From positions 1 to 31,936 of the forward strand of contig CAVTCR010000040.1 of assembly GCA_963733195.1 (NCBI GenBank): 31,936 bases of DNA, read 5' to 3'. This document shows, one piece after another, positions 24,242-31,936 of this stretch. The position numbers and the translations under genes are program-made. Numbering within the stretch: the first letter of the stretch is position 1; the number at the start of each line of letters is the position of its first letter. The notes beneath the pieces were generated by a model that saw only the letters and a list, made by a program, of their open reading frames with translations, did no database searches and was not told the origin of the DNA. Source of the stretch: an uncultured delta proteobacterium. GTDB lineage: Bacteria; Desulfobacterota; Binatia; Bin18.

Positions 24242-25096
24242 GTGAATGACCCACAGTCCCTCCATCGGAAACCGACCTCAGTGAGACGGAATGTGAAGCA
24301 CGGCATCAGACTCCTCGCGGATAGCGGCGCCGCTGTTTCTCGGATCAAACACCCCGCTGGCACCTCGCCCTATTTCCTCATCTGCGATCATGCCAGCCGC
24401 CGGCTTCCGCGTGGGCTCGGCTCCCTAGGGCTCTCCCCCGCAGAGTTGAAGAGCCACATCGCCTGGGATATCGGCGTGGCGGGTTTAGCTGGACGATTGG
24501 CCGATAGGCTCAACGCCTGTCTGATTTTGCAAGCCTACTCGCGACTGGTGATTGACTGCAACCGGCCGTTGGGGATGCCGGACTCCATTGCGACACTGAG
24601 CGAGCGGACACGAATTCCTGGCAACGAAGGAATATCTCGCACTGATGCCGAAATCCGCGCGCGTGAAATTTTCCATCCTTACCATGACCGCATCCGTGCC
24701 ACACTCGATGCACGCCGACATGGAGAGCGGCCCACGCTGCTGGTGGCTCTGCATAGTTTCACGCCATCGTTCTTGGGCGTGAATCGACCCTGGCACATTG
24801 GCGTGCTCTACAACCGTGACGCGCGCCTCGGTCAGGTGCTGCTCGACCTGATGCGGCGCGAGAATGGCCTCATCATCGGCGACAATAAGCCTTATGCGGT
24901 GAGTGACGACACGGACTACACCGTTACGGTGCACGGCGAGCAACGCGGTATTCCGCACGTAGAGCTCGAAGTTCGCCAGGATCTCATCGCCAATGAATCA
25001 GGACAAACCTTGTGGGCGTTGCGGCTTGCGTGGCTCCTTGAAGAGGCAGCGACGATACTGATTCCCCGCTGCGACGTCTCCCCGTGCAATAAGTGA
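24242..25096 (+). CDS. N-formylglutamate amidohydrolase family protein
   Basis: ICDHAS, SHIAWDIG, YSRLVIDCNR, LHSFTP, GDNKPY, ELEVRQDLI; start uncertain. Confidence 0.92.
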   Translation: MNDPQSLHRKPTSVRRNVKHGIRLLADSGAAVSRIKHPAGTSPYFLICDHASRRLPRGLGSLGLSPAELKSHIAWDIGVAGLAGRLADRLNACLILQAYSRLVIDCNRPLGMPDSIATLSERTRIPGNEGISRTDAEIRAREIFHPYHDRIRATLDARRHGERPTLLVALHSFTPSFLGVNRPWHIGVLYNRDARLGQVLLDLMRRENGLIIGDNKPYAVSDDTDYTVTVHGEQRGIPHVELEVRQDLIANESGQTLWALRLAWLLEEAATILIPRCDVSPCNK

Positions 25097-25263
25097 ACTG
25101 TGCCGCCGGGCTAGAAAGTCGAACAGCCCTAGGGCGTCGGGTTGCTATGGGAAAAGATAGTATCGTGTTACCATGGAGAAAAGTTTGAGGGGGATTGCAT
25201 CGAAGCCGTGGAGGGCTGCTTCGCATGACATCGAACAGTAGGAGCACAGCCAGGGAGGCGAAA

Positions 25264-26100
25264 ATGCAAATCCGGGTCGGTTACGAGTTGGCCTACAGCT
25301 GTCCGCAGCCAACGCCGATGATCGTGACGTTGAGCATTCACTACACGCGGGTGTCCGACATCGTCAAACCGGATCACCTTATCATCACTCCATCGATCCC
25401 GATCACGGCTTATCGCGACTCCTTCGGCAACTGGTGCAGCCGGATCGTCGCGCCGCCGGGCCGGGTGCGACTGTCGGCCGATGCGCTCGTGAACGATTCC
25501 GGCCACCCCGACCTCGTTGCCCCCTGGGCCCAGCAACACGCGGTGCAGGACTTGCCGGAGGAGTCCTTGATTTTTCTGCTGGGCAGCCGGTATTGCGAGA
25601 CCGACCTGCTAGCGGAAATCGCTTGGAAGCTCTTCGCTAATTCGCGCGCGGGGTGGGGACGGGTCCAGGCGATCTGCGATTTCGTCCATCAACATATCGT
25701 TTTTGGCTACGAGCATGCCAGCTCGACCAAGACGGCCTGGCAGGTGTTTCACGAGCGAAAAGGCGTGTGTCGGGACTACGCTCACCTGGCCATCGCGTTT
25801 TGCCGCTGCATGAATATTCCCGCGCGGTACTGCACAGGCTATCTCGGCGATATCGGCGTGCCGCCGGTGAACGCTCCCATGGATTTCGCCGGCTGGTTTG
25901 AAGCCTACCTCGGCGGCAGCTGGTACACTTTCGATGCGCGCAACAATATCCCGCGCATCGGTCGCGTGCTGATTGCCCGTGGCCGCGACGCGTCCGATGT
26001 CGCAATCACAACTACCTTCGGACCGAACACTCTGGAGAGCTTCACGGTCTTGGCCGAAGAAGTCGGCGAGAATGTTGAGTCTGCTCAATCTCAATCTTGA
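25264..26100 (+). CDS. Transglutaminase-like family protein A
   Basis: MQIRVGYEL, DSFGN, SRYCETD, GVCRDYAH, IPARYCTGY, MDFAGWFEAYL, FDAR; GGGAGG RBS. Confidence 0.93.
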   Translation: MQIRVGYELAYSCPQPTPMIVTLSIHYTRVSDIVKPDHLIITPSIPITAYRDSFGNWCSRIVAPPGRVRLSADALVNDSGHPDLVAPWAQQHAVQDLPEESLIFLLGSRYCETDLLAEIAWKLFANSRAGWGRVQAICDFVHQHIVFGYEHASSTKTAWQVFHERKGVCRDYAHLAIAFCRCMNIPARYCTGYLGDIGVPPVNAPMDFAGWFEAYLGGSWYTFDARNNIPRIGRVLIARGRDASDVAITTTFGPNTLESFTVLAEEVGENVESAQSQS

Positions 26101-26113
26101 GAAGGACTTTAAT

Positions 26114-26981
26114 ATGCCCTTCACTGTCCGTCACCTCACGGTTTATCGTTACTCGGAGCCAGTCAGATTGGGAGAGCACCGAATGATGTTCCGGCCTCGA
26201 GAAAGTCACGACCTCAGACTTCTCGAAGCGCGGTTGGATATCAATCCCCGACCCACTCGTCTTCGCTGGCTCCACGATATATTCGACAACTCCATTGCCA
26301 TCGCTACCTTCGACGGCTCGACTGCCGAACTTCGTTTTGACAGCGTGGTTACCCTTGAGCACGTCGAAATCACGCTGCCGGACTATCCGCTCGAGGAGTA
26401 TGCACAAACCTACCCCTTCCGTTACTCGGATGACGAATTGCCGAACCTCGCACGTGCGTTGGCCCACCACTACCCAAGCGATGATGTTGCTCGTTGGGTG
26501 AGTCAGTTTCTAGACCCGTCCGGGACAATCGAAACCATGAAGCCTGCTTCGGTCCATAACACTGGCCATCAAGGACGAGTTTGTCTATACACGACGCAGT
26601 GAGAAGGGGATACAGAGTCCCAATGAAACGCTTCAGAGTCGTCGTGGTAGCTGCCGAGATTTTGCCGTACTGATGATGGAAGCTACGCTTTCGCTTGGTC
26701 TGGCCGCTCGTTTCGTCAGTGGCTATATCTTTGTTCCCAATTTGGACTCTGGTAGCGCCGCAGGAGGCGGTGCAACGCATGCGTGGATGCAGGTCTACCT
26801 GCCGGGTGCCGGGTGGGTAGATTTTGATCCGACCAATAGCATGATCGGTAACCGCAACCTTATTCGTGTCGCCGTCGCCTGGGATCCCAGGCTAGTGTTG
26901 CCGTTGTGGGGAACCTTTATCGGCTCCGCCTCCTCCGTCCTTGGCATGGACGTCACCGTCTCGGTAGTGCTATCCAAGTAA
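26114..26981 (+). CDS. Transglutaminase family protein B with bacterial transglutaminase N-terminal domain, frameshifted
   Basis: VRHLTVYRY, FRPR, DIFDN in 26114-26540; RGSCRDFAVLMMEA, ARFVSGY and THAWMQVYLPGAGWVDFDPTN in 26642-26981. Confidence 0.9.
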
Positions 26982-27061
26982 CTCACGCTCTCTCGGCATC
27001 CATGCTAGGCTTGGCTAGCAGCAGAAACTGCGAGATGGAGGCCAGGGAGAACGAGTGAGTA

Positions 27062-27142
27062 GGGTCAAGAGTAATCTTGCATCCGTAACATTTCGCCTGG
27101 AGGTGAAGGCTCGGCACATGTGTGAATGAAAGACTTGACCCC
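27062..27142. repeat. GGGTCAAG...CTTGACCC inverted repeat element between convergent operons
   Basis: 8 bp arms at 27062-27069 and 27134-27141; the 12-mer AGACTTGACCCC recurs at 23809-23820. Confidence 0.5.
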
Positions 27143-27302
27143 TTTCCCCTCGACCTGGGAACTGAAGGCTACACTCCGGACAATTTTATTGTTGCTTCCA
27201 CGAGCCATCGTCTTGTTCTGGATGGCCAGTGATAAGGATGTGAATCAACGTGGCGGGAAGAGTCGTGCCGACGCCGTGCATGAGGCTCGTTTTGGTATGC
27301 CT

Positions 27303-28385
27303 TCAAGGCTGATTCACCAACACCCCACTAACGGAAGCAGTAAGTTGGTGAATAAATCGCATTTTCTCTTTCACTATAGGAGATATCACCTCGGGCACGA
27401 CGTCTAAGAGTCCTATACTGCGATTTAGCTCATTCAGGGAGATTCCCAGCTGCTGATACTGCACAATCATAGCGTCCAGATCAGGAGGGGAGGAATACGC
27501 CAGGAAAGCCGACATGTAGGCGGTGTCGAGCGTACTGACCATGTCCAGATATGTAGCAAAGGTCTCGGCGAAATCTTCCCACGGGTGCATCGTCGCATAG
27601 GCACTGACAAACTGCGGTTGCCATTCGGGAGGAGGCCGGTAGCGTAGTATCTCCGTAAAGCCTCGTGGTAGCTCGGGTTTGTGGGATCACCAAAGAGGGT
27701 TTGAAATCCTGTCTCCCGTTGGTATTTGACGAAATGTCCCAATAATAGTGACCAATCTCATGTCGAAAGTGCCCAAGCAAGTCCGTTGGGCCTCTCCCAA
27801 CTCGACCCTCAGCCGCTCACGTTCGACATCATCGGCCTCACGGATGTTGATCGTAATGGTGCCATCCAATGTCCGGTGAAAACCTGTTCCTTGATGCCCA
27901 TGTTCCACCACAACTCGTCTGACGGAATGACATCGGCTTTGAAGTCAAAGCGAGGGCTAAGCGTGTTCCCCATGGGGTTCGGTCCTGTACGGAAGCCGAA
28001 GTAGGTCCAAGTCGTAAAGTAATCGCCTTTTAGCGGCTTCTAAGCGATACCACTTTTCGATATTCCCTGGCACACTCAGGTCAGGAATAGTCGGGTGAAG
28101 CGGCAGCAGTCACACAAGAGCGACCTCCCGATGAGTCATCGCCTCGAGCGGATCTGTCCGTGGCCTGCAAACAACCATTACACACATTGTACGCTACGTA
28201 ATTGTGACATTTGACGAGTATGCGCCACAGGTTGGATTGCCACAGCAGAACCCACTTTCGTCTACCGGGAGTAACGCCACGACCATGCGGCAGGCTGGAC
28301 AGTAGCCGGCTTCTCGTCTGCACTGAAGGCAAAAGCTATTCTCAAAGAAAAGAACGTTGTCGCAAACACATCGAAAGGTACGCAT
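27303..28385 (-). CDS. Zinc-ribbon plus putative zinc-binding metallopeptidase (Peptidase_Mx type), frameshifted
   Basis: MRTFRCVC..LFFENSFCLQC, ITINIREADD, LGHFRHEIGHYYW (HExxH), HPWEDFAETF and LNELNRSIG across frames. Confidence 0.88.
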
Positions 28386-28543
28386 GCGAGACTCCTATCT
28401 GATTCTGAGATGAGCCAGAGAAGAGAACTCAGACAGCGGACAGGGAAATGCTTCAACCCATGATCGGACTTGAGTCTTTTGCCAACAGGCTGTAAGTCTT
28501 TCGGAGAGTGGACAAACCTGAGAAAAGCGAAACGGAAATTCCT

Positions 28544-29439
28544 TTACGCGGCAGAGTTATTTGCTTCAATCTTTTTCACTTTGACCCCGACCTTCAACTC
28601 GTGCTCGCTGCCGCCAAGGATGGTACCCTTTAGGGGGGTGACATCGCTATAGTCACGTCCCCATGCCACTACGATGTGTTGATCCGATGGCATCAGGTCG
28701 TTCGTCGGATCGAAATCCACCCAGCCAAGTTCCGGACAGTACACCGATACCCAGGCATGGGACGCCGCGGCGCCAATGAGTTTCGGTTGATCCTTCGGTG
28801 GAAGGGTCTCTAGATAGCCACTCACGTAGCGCGCTGCGAGCCCCAGTGCGCGCAGACAGGCAATGGCAAAGTGCGCAAAGTCCTGGCACACTCCGCGCCG
28901 GTGGGCAAAGACCTCACTCACTGGGGTCGCCACCGTAGTAAATTGGGGATCATAGGTAAATTCGCTAAGAATCCGGTCGCATGAGATCCTGTACGGCGGA
29001 CAAGATCGGACGGCCCGGTACAAATGACGACTGGCGTACTCCGCAAACGCCATGGGTGCCTTGATGAAAGGAGAATCCAACAAGAATTGCCGTGCCTCTA
29101 GCGCGCCGCGATTCATCTCGTGGCGAGCGACGTTTGCACCACTTCCCATGCCACAGTTGTCTCGAAATCGGGAGGTGGCATGGGAAACAACTCCATTTCG
29201 CTCCGGGCAGTGACCTCAACGTCGTATGCGGCTCCTCGATGGAAAAGTACACGACACGGTTACCAAAGAAATCTTTTCGCTCATGGTGTACGGTGGGTGG
29301 TGGTGAAATATGCAGCCAGGCGTCGATACAGCGTTGCCGCGATAAGATTCCGGGGCAACAAATGCGCTTCGTTGTGACATAAGGTCACCATCTCACTGTA
29401 GCGGTATAGGGTGGTGTGCCTGATACGATACAGCATCAT
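28544..29439 (-). CDS. Transglutaminase family protein C, frameshifted
   Basis: MMLYRIRHTTLYRY start overlapping the upstream TGA (ATGA); DFFGN; GVCQDFAH, ARYVSGYL, SHAWVSVY, DFDPTN, WGRDYSDVTP; complete C-H-D triad. Confidence 0.9.
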
Positions 29440-31936
29440 TGGATATCCACGAGTTGTTGCGGTAGCTCAGTTTGTCGAAAGTAACTAAAGGTGATAGCCT
29501 CCGAGAGCGAGCGCAAGAGATAACCCAATCGAGCAAGAAGTGGCCCCAATCCCTCTTGGTCTTCCTTCCCTTGGGGAACGAGTAAGAGACGATCTAGATC
29601 CACTAACCGTAACATTGTCAGTGCCTCTAATATGAATCGCTCTTCAGCGCTGAGATGGGTGACCGTTGCTTTCTTTGGTAATGCCGTGACATGTTCTTGG
29701 AGACGCGCGACTTGATAGATGATGGAACGCGGTGCTCCTTCATCAAGCAACAGCAGATCAAACACCGGAGCCTCCTGGAAATAGGACCGATAGCGCCCAC
29801 GATAGGTCACCAGGCTATCGTGATTGTCAACAGGGCTTCCCATGGCCGTGTCCCGATCCTCGGCGGAAATACACAGCGTACGCAGGAGACCGCCGGAAAC
29901 AACGCTCGTTCCAGGCGACGACCCATATCGAGAAAGCGCCATCCATAGCCTCGGCTCATGCGTTCCGTGTAAACCCCGTAAAGGCCGCGAGCTGGAAAAT
30001 AACCTGTTCCAACCCAGACAGTGCCACGTTCAATTGTATCGGTTGTTCCACGAAACTATGTGACAAACTGTTGATGACACGCCAACTATCGTCTGAGAAA
30101 CGGTCTCGTACCGACCGCGCCGCTAGCGCCATGCTGTTCAGCGTCCATTGCAGGCTGCCAGATCGGTGCCGGTCGCGAATCACATCGAGGATTTCTTCTT
30201 CCGGAGCTGCAACGAGTAGTGCTGCCCCTTCCCCGACAAATCCGGGGTACGTTGAGGTCAAGTGCGTCACTACCTGCAGCAACCTGGGTACACCAAGATC
30301 CTCCCGTACTGCGTCAGCCTCCACCAATCGCATCAGTACCGTCCGTAATAAGCGGGCCGTGTTTTCTGCACGTTCAGCATAGCGACCCAGCCAGAAAAGG
30401 TTATCCGCCACGCGGCCTGGGATTTCTCCGCCTGAACGAACAACATCAACCGTATCGCTGCAGACGCGAGCAAACTGACCTCGCGCTCTGGTTCCGACGC
30501 CAGGACCCAGGTATCTTTACTAGTACCGCCGCGTTGGTTGGAGACAACCCAATCTTCCAAACTCGGAGAGACACGAGTGAGTCCTCCAGGCATGACAACA
30601 TACGAGTCTTCCTGCGCGACCAGGAAACTGCGCAGGACCATCGGCCGAGGCACTAACTCGCCTGGTTCAGGACCGGTGTCGTGGAGAGTGTCACTGTTCT
30701 TGTCCCACAAACAGATGCGGCTGAGCAGTAATCCGATCGGCTACCGTTTGTCGCTCGGCCCGACTCAAGCGTGCGCCAAAGATGGTCGCTCGTGCTCGCA
30801 TGCGGACCAATCGGCTTGATCACCAAGCGATCGAGATGTGCGAGTACATACGCTCGTTCCGCTTCCCCACCACACCACCAAGTAGCGACCGAAGGGAGTT
30901 GTAGATCTTGACCTAACAAATGACGCGCCAGCTTTGGTAGGAACGCCATCAAGGCTGGATTTTCTAATACACCGCTGCCGAAAGGATTCACTATCGCGAC
31001 ATGACCAAGACGTGCCGCTTGCAACAAGCCGGGAACGCCAAGCAGCGAATCCGTACGCAGCTCCAAAGGATCACAAAACGTGTCGTCCACGCGCCGTAGG
31101 ATAACGTCAACGGCCTGTAGTCCCTCTACAGTACTAAGCCACACTCGGCCGTCTCGCACGGTAAGGTCACTCCCCTGCACCAGCAAGAAACCAAGATAAT
31201 GAGCGAGATAAGCGTGTTCAAAATAGGTCTCGTTTCCCGGCCCCGGAGTCAACAACACGATACGTGGATTGTCTCGCCGTTGCGGCGCGAGCGCGCTCAA
31301 GGTTGACCGCAACGCCCGAAAAAAGAGGGCACTACGATGCGCGTGCGAATCGCGATACAGGCTGGGCAGCACGCGCGATAACACGATGCGGTTTTCTAGA
31401 GCATAGCCCGAACCGGAAGGTGCTTGGGTCCGATCTCCAATGACCCAAACAGTGCCATCGGACGCACGCACGAGGTCCGTCGCATAAAGCGGGAGAGAAC
31501 AATTGCCTGCTGGGCGCATGCCAGTGCACGGCAAGAGGAATCCAGGATGCGCATACACAACTTCCGGCGGCAGCAGCCCTCTGGCAATGAGCGTCCGTGG
31601 GCCATAAAGGTCCGCCAGAATGAGGTTGAGCAATTCGGCCCGCTGAATCAGACCGCGTTCGATTGCGCTCCATTCCTGGCTGGTCACTAAGAGGGGAACA
31701 AGATCAAGCTGCCAAAACCGTGTCATTCCTCTAGGATCGTCGTAGACATTGTACGTTACCCCATTTTCGCGGAGGAGGCGTTTGGCTTCGAGTTCTCGGC
31801 GGGTAAATTCTTGCGCGCCAAGCGTCTCCAGGGAGCGAATGAGGTAGTCCCAATGCGGACGTAACGTCCCTGTTGCGGAGCACATTTCGTCATACGCACT
31901 CGATGACAGAGGGTACGCTGTGACAAAAGGAGAACG
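29436..31936 (-). CDS. Circularly permuted type 2 ATP-grasp protein fused to alpha-E domain; frameshifted, 5' end outside the window
   Basis: Frame open to the window edge (..AYDEMC); GVTYNVY, DRTQAPSGSGYALENR, LLTPGPGNETYFEH, RRVDD.FCDPLEL, MPGGLTRV, SKDTWV, then alpha-E ADNLFWLGRYAERAENTAR and PRSIIYQ. Confidence 0.92.

Noticed and set aside
27126-27407. 93 aa plus-strand ORF
   Set aside because: Starts within the inverted repeat and overlaps the peptidase 3' end antisense; no motif
25097-28543. Sigma54 or NtrC sites for the ATP-grasp/transglutaminase locus
   Set aside because: No correctly spaced TGGCAC-N5-TTGC motif found by eye in the intergenic regions

Overview
Bacterial chromosomal window. 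The gene content suggests, by inference only, a Candidatus Binatia/Deltaproteobacteria-like genome. It has five parts. (i) Three paralogous class III nucleotidyl cyclase-AAA(STAND)-TPR genes on the minus strand (1163-4609, 10932-14549, 14546-18030), all broken by frameshifts. (ii) A defective IS256 remnant. (iii) Mostly intact catabolic genes: GFA, two amidohydrolases, fatty acid hydroxylase, MaoC, Rid, two LLM oxidoreductases, SDR, CMD and NUDIX. (iv) A 1.4 kb mosaic of gene fragments (membrane protein, RHS core, HflK). (v) A 7.7 kb convergent locus of N-formylglutamate amidohydrolase, three transglutaminases, a zinc-ribbon metallopeptidase and a circularly permuted ATP-grasp/alpha-E fusion, a predicted but uncharacterised peptide ligation/tagging system. 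The most unusual pattern is a set of heptamer tandem-repeat families, often in inverted pairs. They occur between genes and also make up the variable linkers at equivalent positions inside the cyclase-STAND genes. Many frameshifts may be assembly errors. I saw no rRNA, tRNA or CRISPR array.
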